From a virus, in IMG/VR virus record IMGVR_UViG_3300045988_180675, positions 1-64,000 of that record: a stretch of DNA of 64,000 bases; one strand, 5' to 3'. Below, piece after piece: positions 1-8,973 of this stretch. The first letter of the stretch is position 1. Each line of letters opens with the position of its first letter. Position numbers and translations under genes: made by a program. The notes below the pieces were generated by a model that worked only from the letters and a program-made list of their open reading frames with translations, was not told where the DNA came from and did not search any database.

Positions 1-98
1 TTCTTATAGGCGTGTCCACTTCGCCTCTACTGTATAGGATATTCATATCCACAACTCTACTTTTACGCATAATATTTAATGCTTCAGTAACAATGTGC

Positions 99-1562
99 TT
101 ATCGCTCTTCAGTATCTCTTTCAATTGCTTGATGCTTAGATGTTCTTGATGTAGTTGAATGTGTTCGGTCTGATATACTTTGTTGTAACACTTCTTTTGG
201 TTCGATTTCAAATACTCTGTTGTATCCATCATCAGATCTTCGGTAAACCTCAACAGGTTTCCTAAAAATTTCATCTCCATCTTTCGAATTACCAATTTCT
301 TGCAGCCATTCACCGCCATATTTTGTTTCTCCATTAATTAGAACACGACTATATTCTAACTTATTCAGTGACTCGTATAAGGAATCCTTGAATTCAAGTC
401 CGCTTTCTTCTTCTCGAACAGCAACTTTATGATCCTTCACAAAGTTTTCAACATCTCTCTTTGCCGCTTCAAGAGATCTTCTGTTCAAATTATAAGTGGC
501 AGATTCGATAGATCCGTCTTCAATCATGTCACTTTGTAATTCGAGGGTAAAGGTGTAATCATCATCTTGAAACTCGACAGAAACCCAAACGTCTTTGTCG
601 ACCTTTTCAATAAACTTTCCGAACTCTTCCACTTCTTTGGCATTTGGTATATCAAGTGCGTCTTCTACTTGTTCGGAAATTAGATTAATTAGACTGTCTG
701 CTTGCTTGTTTGTCGGCAGCTGGCGTTTAACTGCTTCATCTTGGTTTCTTGCGTCTACTATTATTTTTTCTCGTAATTTTTCAGGAAGAAGGTCTACCTC
801 TTTACCGTTGACTGATAAAACAGCTCTTGGTTTGGTGTAAAATATCTCGCTAGTCTTGGATTCTGTCCAATTTTGGTGGACAATTTTTCCATAAACTGCA
901 TTGCTTTGATCCCTTTGAGCTTTTTCTCCTTTACTTGTTCTAACCAAGTTTTCTTTGTAATAATCCACATCTGTCAAAAGGTGCCAATGCTTGTCATAGT
1001 AATCCCCTGCGTCTTCAATGCTTTTAAACTTATCTGCATTCTTTTCTACCCATCTATCTCTTGAACCTTTTTCTAAACTTTCTAATCTATAATCGAAATC
1101 TATCATTGTGTTATACTCATACTCGTTCTTACGATTATTCACTGGCTCAGTGGAAAATTCAATTCTTCCGAAATCAATATCTCCCAATCCTATTACACGA
1201 TGTGGAGGAACTATGTCTGCGATTTCAGTTTCTGGTCCCAATCCAGTTCTGTAAAGTTTTGATCCTGGCACAATTTTAAGTTTAACGTGCAGGTCTTCAT
1301 CCTTTTGATAGTCGTCACCATGTATTTCGTTGCTGTTAAACGTCTTTTCCATAAATGTTTCTTTTGGGATCGTGCATTCAAAATTTCCATGTAGGCTAGT
1401 TAAAACAAGATCACCTAGTCGTTCGTATTTTTCCATTAACTCAAGCTCTTTTATGTCGTCATCTCTTTCGGCGTCATTTTTAAAACCATCATTATGGTTG
1501 GAATTTGATTCCGTTCCTTCTGTTTTGTAGTCGTTCATTTCTTTTAAAGATATTTTTCCCAT
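99..1562 (-). CDS. hypothetical protein, paralog family A
   Basis: 487-aa ORF with a GGGGAG RBS before the ATG at 1562. Collinear blocks shared with the next gene: GNFECTIPKETF/GDFSFTIPEEKF, DYYDKHWHLLTDVDYYKENL/DYYADNWRFLTSVNYFKENM, NKQADSLINLI/NRQADSLLALI. Confidence 0.6.
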   Translation of the reverse strand: MGKISLKEMNDYKTEGTESNSNHNDGFKNDAERDDDIKELELMEKYERLGDLVLTSLHGNFECTIPKETFMEKTFNSNEIHGDDYQKDEDLHVKLKIVPGSKLYRTGLGPETEIADIVPPHRVIGLGDIDFGRIEFSTEPVNNRKNEYEYNTMIDFDYRLESLEKGSRDRWVEKNADKFKSIEDAGDYYDKHWHLLTDVDYYKENLVRTSKGEKAQRDQSNAVYGKIVHQNWTESKTSEIFYTKPRAVLSVNGKEVDLLPEKLREKIIVDARNQDEAVKRQLPTNKQADSLINLISEQVEDALDIPNAKEVEEFGKFIEKVDKDVWVSVEFQDDDYTFTLELQSDMIEDGSIESATYNLNRRSLEAAKRDVENFVKDHKVAVREEESGLEFKDSLYESLNKLEYSRVLINGETKYGGEWLQEIGNSKDGDEIFRKPVEVYRRSDDGYNRVFEIEPKEVLQQSISDRTHSTTSRTSKHQAIERDTEER

Positions 1563-1574
1563 TTTTTCTCCCCT

Positions 1575-2720
1575 TTACCGTCCGATCGGTCTATCAATTG
1601 TGCGTTGTGCTTGTTGGAATATTAGTGCGAGCAGGCTATCTGCCTGTCGGTTGTTGAATGGTGCCTCGACTGCCTTAGAGATTACTCTACGTTCGATCGT
1701 TTCTCTTTGATCTTTTGATAATTTCGTCATTTTTTGCTTCATCTTTTCTGGAACTTCAGCAGGCATCGTAATTTTACGATCTTCCCATGCAGCGATCTTT
1801 GCAACGACTTCTCTTCCTTCATCTGAGTCTATCGTAAATAGCTTGTCATTGATTTTGATAAGCACTTCTGGTTTCATGTAGCAAAAACGCTCATCATAAA
1901 GTTCATCCTTATCAATGGGTTCGTCTTTATCTGCACGTGCAAAACGCTCTTCTGTTTTCTTTTTTTTCTCTTCAGCCATTTCTAAGATTCCTTTACGTGG
2001 AGGTGAAATTTCGCTTTCTAACATGTTCTCTTTGAAATAGTTTACACTTGTTAAGAACCTCCAGTTATCCGCATAATAATCTATTGCTTGTTCTAAGTCA
2101 TTGAAAGATTCCTTATTCGATTCGTACCAATTTGCAAATGATTGGTTTTCAAGTCTATTGATATGGGCACAAATATCAAAAAGTCCATCACGTTCATACC
2201 GTGTGATTCTACCTAAATCTCCAAGTTCCACCTGAAGGCAAGGATCGACTTTTAAATTAGGGTCTATCGGATCTGACGGATCAAAACAGCGAGCATTTAT
2301 TCTAAAACTGTTCGATTCGCTACTTTTCATTGTTTCCATACCAAGAAATCCTGATGGGATAATCTGTACTTCGATCTTTACATCTTTTCCTGTTAAAAAG
2401 CTGAGTCGTTGTTTGTTGTTATATTCTCGTCCTGACTTTGTGAAAGAATTTAAAATCTTTTTTGCAAATTTTTCTTCTGGAATAGTAAATGAGAAGTCAC
2501 CGTTAAAATTCTTCAAGACCATATCTATTAATTGATCTCTACTCATGTTGTTTCCAACGTATCCACCTTCTTCATCTCTGACGATCTTGTTTTTGTACCC
2601 ATCTTTTTGCATGGCATCTTGAAACTTTTTGATCATCTTGACAGATTCTTCCCTGTTTTCTCGCTTCTCTTTTTGTTTTTCAAACATCGTTTCTAAATTG
2701 ATTCCGCCCATCTTCTTCAC
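1575..2720 (-). CDS. hypothetical protein, paralog family A
   Basis: 381-aa ORF with a GTG start at 2720 (alternative ATG at 2711) after an AAGGAC RBS. Tandem paralog of 99..1562. Confidence 0.6.
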   Translation of the reverse strand: MKKMGGINLETMFEKQKEKRENREESVKMIKKFQDAMQKDGYKNKIVRDEEGGYVGNNMSRDQLIDMVLKNFNGDFSFTIPEEKFAKKILNSFTKSGREYNNKQRLSFLTGKDVKIEVQIIPSGFLGMETMKSSESNSFRINARCFDPSDPIDPNLKVDPCLQVELGDLGRITRYERDGLFDICAHINRLENQSFANWYESNKESFNDLEQAIDYYADNWRFLTSVNYFKENMLESEISPPRKGILEMAEEKKKKTEERFARADKDEPIDKDELYDERFCYMKPEVLIKINDKLFTIDSDEGREVVAKIAAWEDRKITMPAEVPEKMKQKMTKLSKDQRETIERRVISKAVEAPFNNRQADSLLALIFQQAQRTIDRPIGR

Positions 2721-2729
2721 CCGTCCTTT

Positions 2730-3527
2730 CTAAGAATGTCTTCGTTTTCTTTTCTTGCTGCTATCTTGTAGTATAAAGTTTGCTTCTTTTAACATGCTTG
2801 GATCAAAGCCTTCTTTTTTCTCTACGACTTCCTTTTGTCCTAGGTTTTTATCTAGGTCTACTCTTTTAAAACTGCCATCTGAATTTAGCTTTGATTCACT
2901 TAATATCTTGCTATTTTCTTGAGAAGAAAAAAATGCAGTTCTTCCAGTTTTGATGTTCCTATAAATTTCTTGTTTCTTTAATTTAAAATCTACAAAATTG
3001 TTTGCAATATACATGGCAGCTTGGAAGAAGGGAATCGGTTCATCTTCGTTATGGCAAAGGTAAGTATATATCTTACCATTTTCTTTATCTGCCAATATTT
3101 TTATGTAGGATTCTTTATCATCGATCAAGACTGGAACGATTGCTGGCACGCCGTATGTGATCGTCATATCACCAAGTTTTGCAAGTTCTAGTATCGCTAA
3201 GCTCTCTTTATTTTCATCAAATTCTCTAATAGCATATAAAAATTCATATTCAAACTTTGTTTGGATCTGTTCTAATGTTTTAATCATCTTCGCACTGTTG
3301 ACACATATCTCATCTCGATTACCTACTTTTACGACAAAACGATTATGTTCTAGCGTGTATCTGACCATCATCTCTTCATCATTTGCATCAACAAGATCGA
3401 TTTCGAGTTGAATTGGCTGTCCAATTTCTCTTAGAATCACTCTAATGTATCGCCAATAACATATACAAGATTTTTTAAACATAGGCTCATTAGTCTTAAT
3501 GTCAGATGTTGGTTTATAAAACTGCAT
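2730..3527 (-). CDS. hypothetical protein
   Basis: 265-aa ORF, co-directional and tightly packed with its neighbours. Confidence 0.55.
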   Translation of the reverse strand: MQFYKPTSDIKTNEPMFKKSCICYWRYIRVILREIGQPIQLEIDLVDANDEEMMVRYTLEHNRFVVKVGNRDEICVNSAKMIKTLEQIQTKFEYEFLYAIREFDENKESLAILELAKLGDMTITYGVPAIVPVLIDDKESYIKILADKENGKIYTYLCHNEDEPIPFFQAAMYIANNFVDFKLKKQEIYRNIKTGRTAFFSSQENSKILSESKLNSDGSFKRVDLDKNLGQKEVVEKKEGFDPSMLKEANFILQDSSKKRKRRHS

Positions 3528-3566
3528 ATTTTTCCTCCTGTTCCTTATTTATTATGTCATTTTTGC

Positions 3567-3597
3567 AAAAGAAAAGAGGTTTCAGCCTCTTCTTTTA
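3567..3597 (-). terminator. intrinsic terminator (bidirectional hairpin)
   Basis: AAGAGG-tttcag-CCTCTT stem flanked by an A-run and a T-run, directly after the stop of 3595..4308. Confidence 0.6.
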
Positions 3598-4308
3598 TTG
3601 TTTTGCGGATTTCTTTACTAAGAGATATCCAGCCGTCAAGAGTGACGCAATCGTTGTTACAAATGATAGCAGCAAGTTTCCTCTTACTCCAGTCTCGATC
3701 TCGGCATGCTTTGTTGCCTTATTGTTGGATGCTGCTTCTGCATCTTTTGCGAAAACATAGAGAACGTTTCCATTTTCATCTACTTCTTTGTGATCGAATC
3801 GATATCCATCGAACTCACCTTGTGATCCAATCTGTTCTGCGATTGTGTATGGTTGCAGCATATTTCCATCAACGTCTTCCCATCTAGTAGAATGATATTT
3901 AACTAAATCTACTGGTTTTTCAGGTTCAGGTGTGGGAATTGCTTGGTCTACTGGATTTGCAGGTGTTACTGGAGTCGCTGGTTCAGGTGTAGGTGTAGGT
4001 TCAGATGGTGTCACAGGAGCCTCTGGCTCAGGTGTAGGCGTAGGTGCAACAGGTGTTTCTGGCTCTGGCGTAGGAGTAGGTACCGCTGGAGTAGGTTCTG
4101 CTGGTGTCTCTGGTACTACAGGATCAGTTGGTTGCTCAGGAGCTGCAATAAAGCCTTCTCCTTCTTCGATTTCTCCAGCTGTAAATTGTCCTGCCGTAGC
4201 CACGCCTTCGTCTGCCAGAACAAACGTTGGCTTTAGTGCCATTGTGGCTATCATTGTGAAAATAAGTGATGTAGTTGTAATGATTTGAAGCTTTCTATTA
4301 TTTTTCAT
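3595..4308 (-). CDS. cell-surface protein with Pro/Thr-rich linker and non-canonical IETG sorting signal
   Basis: I place the start at MKNNRKLQ (ATG 4308, GGGGAA RBS), not the track start at 4335. Signal peptide, PTPEPE-type repeats, a C-terminal GYRFDHKEVDENGNVLYVF module, then IETGVRGN + hydrophobic helix + KKSAKQ tail. Confidence 0.7.
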   Translation of the reverse strand: MKNNRKLQIITTTSLIFTMIATMALKPTFVLADEGVATAGQFTAGEIEEGEGFIAAPEQPTDPVVPETPAEPTPAVPTPTPEPETPVAPTPTPEPEAPVTPSEPTPTPEPATPVTPANPVDQAIPTPEPEKPVDLVKYHSTRWEDVDGNMLQPYTIAEQIGSQGEFDGYRFDHKEVDENGNVLYVFAKDAEAASNNKATKHAEIETGVRGNLLLSFVTTIASLLTAGYLLVKKSAKQ

Positions 4309-4403
4309 AAAAAATTCCCCTTCTTCTATTTCCATTATATTCTTTTTAGCAAATTCAGGTCAAGCAAAAAAGAAAAGATGGAACGTATCCACCAATTCTC
4401 CTT

Positions 4404-4787
4404 TTACTTCTCTAATAAGCCCAGTAACTCTTTGATTGGTCTTTCGCCGAATTTATCTACTGTTTGATTACATACGTATACTTTCTGAGTCTGATCCTGT
4501 GTTTTGCTCACCAAGATACAGTAGGCAATATCTGTATTTGTATTAAATTCAAGATGTAGCCTATCTAGCTCTTTTGCTTCGACCTCATAGATGTCATAGG
4601 ACAATTCCTTAACTCCGAGAAGATTAGCAGCAAACTCCAATGAGGGCTTGATCATTTCAAACTCTTTGTCTGTTAGTAAACCCGATAAAATCTCTTGATT
4701 GATGTTCTTTACAAATGGTTCATCTCTAGTTAGGTAAATTTCGACCATTTCCTTATTTCTTTTTTTGATCCAAAACATCCTTATCAC
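4404..4787 (-). CDS. hypothetical protein
   Basis: 127-aa ORF. The GTG start overlaps the stop of the upstream gene (GTGA). The exact start is ambiguous (ATG at 4778 or 4748 are also possible). Confidence 0.45.
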   Translation of the reverse strand: MIRMFWIKKRNKEMVEIYLTRDEPFVKNINQEILSGLLTDKEFEMIKPSLEFAANLLGVKELSYDIYEVEAKELDRLHLEFNTNTDIAYCILVSKTQDQTQKVYVCNQTVDKFGERPIKELLGLLEK

Positions 4788-5821
4788 CGACTTCCGTTCG
4801 CAGTTTCAGAAAGGATCGTTTTCCAAAGGGCATCATCTCCAGAAAGATTAAATGCCTGAGCATAATCTTTGCATAATTGTGAATCCACTGTAATGCCAAG
4901 TTTTTCTGATAATGCACGTAATACCATTTCTTTATCGATGTTCTTGAATACGTATTCGTACATCTGGTCATTATATTCTTCTTCTGTTAATTGGGACTTA
5001 TACTTTTCGATCGGACCAAACTTGCCTTCAATGTCTGCCTGGAACTTATTCTTTAAGTCATCAATTACAGCCTGTGGATAGTATTCGATCTTGGAACCAG
5101 AAACAATGGCATTCTTTAGAGATCTTTCGTTAGAAACGATTGCTGAATCCTTATCTTGATCTCTTAACATTTCCTTTGCTTTCGCAATATCTTCAGCAGA
5201 TGGTTCTTTTGTTTTGGCGATCTGTACAACTTTTACATGATAGTCTACCTTCAATCCCCTGACATCCTTATTCCAATAGTCTTCTGGATAAGTAATTGAG
5301 AAATCCTTTTCTTCGTTTTGATGCATGCCCACGATCTTTTCTTCTGCTTCTCTTGGTAGATTCGAACCATTTCCTAGTGCGACATTCTCGCCACCCTTTT
5401 TAAAGGACACGTTTGGTAGATCTTCTCCATTGAATTTCGCTGTTACCTGACACCATACCTGATCACCAAGCTCAGCATGGAAAGAATCGTCCTTAACTGG
5501 ATTTGCATGAATCGCATCATTTAACTTTACATAAACAATAGCCTCTTCATCCGTTGGCTCCTTTACCTTTCTTTTTTCATATTGAATATTTTTAAGATCT
5601 GGTAATGTTACGTAATCTGATTTAAAGTCTCCTTCCACAATCGCCGTTCCATTTGGAGCAATAGAGTCTCCTTCTTTATATTTCTTTTCTACTGCATCTT
5701 GTTTCTTTTCTTCAATTACATTCAAGTTTCCTTCTTCACTTGCTGTTTTATTTTTGCAGCCTGTAAATAATAGTACCGTTCCTAGTAAAGCAAATTTTCC
5801 ATATTTAATAATTTTGTTCAT
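4784..5821 (-). CDS. lipoprotein with trigger-factor-like FKBP-type PPIase domain
   Basis: Lipobox LLFTGC at the N-terminus and an AGGAAGGA RBS. The segment GDQVWCQVTAKFNGEDL..LGNGSNLPREAEEKIVGMHQNEEKDFSITYPEDYWNKDVRGLKVDYHVKVVQI aligns by eye with the trigger factor PPIase domain (GDxVxIDFxGxxDGExF..LGxGxxIPGFEExLxG..FPEDY..LxGKxAxFxVxV). Confidence 0.55.
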   Translation of the reverse strand: MNKIIKYGKFALLGTVLLFTGCKNKTASEEGNLNVIEEKKQDAVEKKYKEGDSIAPNGTAIVEGDFKSDYVTLPDLKNIQYEKRKVKEPTDEEAIVYVKLNDAIHANPVKDDSFHAELGDQVWCQVTAKFNGEDLPNVSFKKGGENVALGNGSNLPREAEEKIVGMHQNEEKDFSITYPEDYWNKDVRGLKVDYHVKVVQIAKTKEPSAEDIAKAKEMLRDQDKDSAIVSNERSLKNAIVSGSKIEYYPQAVIDDLKNKFQADIEGKFGPIEKYKSQLTEEEYNDQMYEYVFKNIDKEMVLRALSEKLGITVDSQLCKDYAQAFNLSGDDALWKTILSETANGSR

Positions 5822-5902
5822 ATTCTTATTCCTTCCTGTTTTATACTCACCTATATTATGTAATTTTTAATGTAAAACATTGTAAAAAGAAAAGAAAAAA
5901 GT

Positions 5903-5930
5903 AAAAAATAGGCTATAAGAAGCCTATTTT
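5903..5930 (-). terminator. intrinsic terminator
   Basis: ATAGGCT-ataaga-AGCCTAT stem plus U-run, overlapping the stop of 5929..6249. Confidence 0.6.
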
Positions 5931-6249
5931 ATCGCTCATCGTAGTCGTTTTGTTCGTAGATCCGCTTATATTCGTCAGCGTTTTCCTGTCTAATTTCTTC
6001 CTGCTCAAGCATATCGTTATTATCGATTTCAATCTGTAAGAAGTCGTTCTGATCATTTCTTTCTTCTTCATCTACAAAATCCTTGTGGTCAGAAACATCT
6101 TCAACGTCCCACTTATCATCAACTTTCTTTTCTTCCTTGCGGTACTGTCTTATTATGTTGTCATTTGTTAGTTTTGCATTTTGAGCTAATGTTCTCGCTC
6201 TTTGGATTTCGATATCTGCTAGTTCTTGGAGGTTGATTTTGTTTGTCAT
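5929..6249 (-). CDS. acidic hypothetical protein
   Basis: 106-aa ORF with an AAAGGA RBS. Very D/E-rich. Confidence 0.5.
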   Translation of the reverse strand: MTNKINLQELADIEIQRARTLAQNAKLTNDNIIRQYRKEEKKVDDKWDVEDVSDHKDFVDEEERNDQNDFLQIEIDNNDMLEQEEIRQENADEYKRIYEQNDYDER

Positions 6250-6295
6250 GTTAGAAAGGTCCTTTCTTTTCTATATTTTGCTATTTAGTACACAA

Positions 6296-6409
6296 AATAA
6301 AAATAACCTCCCGAATTTATCTGCCAACCAGAGGTTACTTTTACCTTAATAAGAATTTTTTAGAATAACTCAGTAAGAGGTATAGCCTTACAACCGACCT
6401 TACTAGGTC
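6296..6409 (-). ncRNA. candidate structured leader or small RNA upstream of 5929..6249
   Basis: Promoter TTGACA(6444-6439)-17 nt-TATATT(6421-6416). Transcript contains a GACCT-agta-AGGTC hairpin and ends in an AACCTC..GAGGTT stem plus U-run near 6300. No separate good promoter is seen for the downstream gene. Confidence 0.35.
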
Positions 6410-6444
6410 ATATATAATATAATATCAATCTTGAAATTTGTCAA

Positions 6445-6714
6445 TTAGTTGTTAGTGAAATATTCTTCTCTGAATTTCTTGATTGATGTGTTCATGAGTT
6501 CTTCTTTACTGTAAATACGCTTCTTTAGAAACTTATAAGCCAGTTCGTTCATGACTCCAATGCCAACAAATAGTGCCTTGGGGTTGTGCCCTTGAGCCTT
6601 TGTGATCTCTTCGCTAATCATATCGTTTGCCATTGTGAATTCAATCATCTCTTGTACGGAACCGTATAATACGATACGTTCTAATAATCTTCTTTCTATC
6701 TTTCTGTCCATCAT
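6445..6714 (-). CDS. hypothetical protein
   Basis: ORF immediately after secY. The GAGGTG RBS favours the ATG at 6714/6711 over the track start at 6720. Confidence 0.5.
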   Translation of the reverse strand: MMDRKIERRLLERIVLYGSVQEMIEFTMANDMISEEITKAQGHNPKALFVGIGVMNELAYKFLKKRIYSKEELMNTSIKKFREEYFTNN

Positions 6715-6725
6715 TTGCACCTCAT

Positions 6726-8015
6726 TTATCTAAAAAATGTAACCGTATCTGCGGCGTCAATGTAGGATTTCGCTTGATTTACAAGCTCCATCGCTACAGA
6801 AACGATAATGATGAGAGAAGTACCAAGGAAGGATACATTCACGTTAAATACACCTTCTAATGCGTAGGAAGCGATGCTTAATAAGATGAGCCCCACTGCT
6901 CCAATGAATACAACGTATTTCAATATATTTCTAAGATACTTTTCTGTAGGACTTCCTGCACGAATACCTGGAATCGTAGCTCCAGATTTCTTTAGGTTAT
7001 TTGAAACCTCTGCTGCATTAAAGGTAATCTCTGTATAGAAGTATGCAAAAGCAATCATTAGGATAATGAATGGAATCACACCTAATGTATACTTCATGTT
7101 CTGGATGTCAAACCACTTACTTGGCGTTAATACATGAACGATACGAGATAATGTTGTTGGTGCCTTTTCTCCTAATAGAGCAGATACAAATGAGAATCCA
7201 GAGAAAATTGTCGTTACGAAGATTACTGGCATGACACCACCCGTGTTGACCTTTAAAGGAATGTTAGATGATTCACCACCTACGAAGCGTCTTCCTTGCA
7301 TCTTTTGGGAATATTGGACAGGGATCGGACGTTCTGCATCATTTAATACGATCGTATAGGTAATAAATAACGATACGACAAGAATGATTGCAATAACAGC
7401 AATGACTGCCAATACAATAGGCTTATCTGTAACAAAACGCTTGTATAGTACAACCATATCTCTTGGTAGTCGGGATACAATGTTTAATAATAATACGACA
7501 GAAATACCATTGCCGATTCCCTTTTGTGTAATCTTGTTGCCCAAATAAATTAGGATATTTGAACCAGTTGCAAGCGACACGGAAGCCACTGCAATATTCA
7601 TCCATGTAGCAGGAATGACTCCTTGACGGCTAAAGCCAATTGACATAATGATAGCTTCAATAACGGCTAAGAATACTGCAATAAATTGAGTATACTTTTC
7701 TAACTTCTTTCGTCCAGTTTCTCCATCCTTTGCCAACTGCTCTAAACGAGGAATCGCAATCGTTAAAAGTTGGATTACGATAGATGCTGAGATATATGGA
7801 GCGATACTTAATGCAAATACTGACATTGTAGATAATCCACCACCCGTTAAAGTATTAAATAGCGATAGTGGTGAGTCGTCAGCAAACATCTTTTTTAAGA
7901 TTTCTGCATTAGCTCCTGGCACTGAAATCTGAGTGATGACACGAATGAATACTACCATCATCAATGTATATAAAATTCTATTTCTAAGTTCTTTGTTTTT
8001 GATTAAATTTTTCAT
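6726..8015 (-). CDS. secY: SecY-family preprotein translocase subunit (extra, non-ribosomal-operon copy)
   Basis: 429 aa and multi-TM. Hallmark SecY blocks: LSIAPYISASIVIQLLTIAIPRLEQLAKDGETGRKKLEKYTQ and PLKVNTGGVMPVIF. AAGGAG RBS. Flanked by element-specific genes, not rplO/adk. Confidence 0.85.
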   Translation of the reverse strand: MKNLIKNKELRNRILYTLMMVVFIRVITQISVPGANAEILKKMFADDSPLSLFNTLTGGGLSTMSVFALSIAPYISASIVIQLLTIAIPRLEQLAKDGETGRKKLEKYTQFIAVFLAVIEAIIMSIGFSRQGVIPATWMNIAVASVSLATGSNILIYLGNKITQKGIGNGISVVLLLNIVSRLPRDMVVLYKRFVTDKPIVLAVIAVIAIILVVSLFITYTIVLNDAERPIPVQYSQKMQGRRFVGGESSNIPLKVNTGGVMPVIFVTTIFSGFSFVSALLGEKAPTTLSRIVHVLTPSKWFDIQNMKYTLGVIPFIILMIAFAYFYTEITFNAAEVSNNLKKSGATIPGIRAGSPTEKYLRNILKYVVFIGAVGLILLSIASYALEGVFNVNVSFLGTSLIIIVSVAMELVNQAKSYIDAADTVTFFR

Positions 8016-8026
8016 AATTTTCTCCT

Positions 8027-8857
8027 TTACTTTTCTGCCTTTTCTGTAATTAAATCTGAGATGTTATAAAACTTATTTGGTTCTACTTCCGTACCAAGGT
8101 ATTCAATTTCCTTTTCATAAGCCTCGCCGCAGAAATCTTTTTTAAATAACTTATGATTTCCTGATTCATCCCAAAGCCGAATTGAGCCATTTTCTGATAC
8201 ATATTCGACTGCTACCATATTATATTTCAAAAGCATCTCCGCAAAGAATCTCTTCAGTTTACATGGAACGTCAACAATGTGGTCTGGAAGCACTCTTTCC
8301 TCTGTTGCTTTCTTTTTAATCTTTTCTTTTGTATCAGCAATAAATTCTCTTTGTACTGGAATATTTCTGATAGAGAATCCGATGAGCAAAAACAATCCGA
8401 GTGAGATAGGTGGAACAGGAAAAATAAACTGAATGAAAAATGCTCTGAATTCTTTTGTGGTTGTTCCTGCCCACTCTAGGAAAGCTTCTTCGTTTATAGC
8501 TGCTAAACATCCTATTGTTATAATTACCGAAAGAATAAATACCAAAATTAACAACGTCGCTATTATATATAAAGCATCTGGGACGCTATTTATATTTGCG
8601 AATAAAGCTCCTTTTGGTCCGTAGGTATACTTTCCGATAATCCGCTTTTGCTTTTTCAATGGCATGATCTTATCATCTATACATTGCTGTGTAAACGCCA
8701 TTTTGCCTACTGTTTTTAAATATTCGACTCTTGCTCGTTTATACTCTTCTACTTTTCTTTTCGTTTCTTTTTCTTCTTCAGAATCAATATATTCTGCAAT
8801 ATCGAACGGAAGTCTTGCTGACGTTGCTTCTTCTAAGCTCATTTTTTGTCCTGCCAT
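8027..8857 (-). CDS. membrane protein, paralog family B
   Basis: 276 aa: acidic N-terminus with LPFD motif, 2-3 TM helices, C-terminus FYNISDLITEKAEK. Resembles 44870..45613 and 52991..53809 (YKLSDIITDK / YKISDIITDK). GAGAGGG RBS. Lies 11 nt upstream of secY. Confidence 0.6.
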   Translation of the reverse strand: MAGQKMSLEEATSARLPFDIAEYIDSEEEKETKRKVEEYKRARVEYLKTVGKMAFTQQCIDDKIMPLKKQKRIIGKYTYGPKGALFANINSVPDALYIIATLLILVFILSVIITIGCLAAINEEAFLEWAGTTTKEFRAFFIQFIFPVPPISLGLFLLIGFSIRNIPVQREFIADTKEKIKKKATEERVLPDHIVDVPCKLKRFFAEMLLKYNMVAVEYVSENGSIRLWDESGNHKLFKKDFCGEAYEKEIEYLGTEVEPNKFYNISDLITEKAEK

Positions 8858-8973
8858 AATTTACCCTCTCTTCTACTCTCTCATTATATCATAACAGTAT
8901 TATTTTTTCAATTCTTTAAAGAAAATATATTCTAAAAAAGAAAAGAAGAGTTTTTGGCTCTTCTTTTTACTTG

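Noticed and set aside
6726-8015. SecY as evidence that the window is core chromosome.
   Set aside because: It is not embedded in the ribosomal-protein/adk operon. Its neighbours are element-specific paralog-family genes using the element's consensus promoters.
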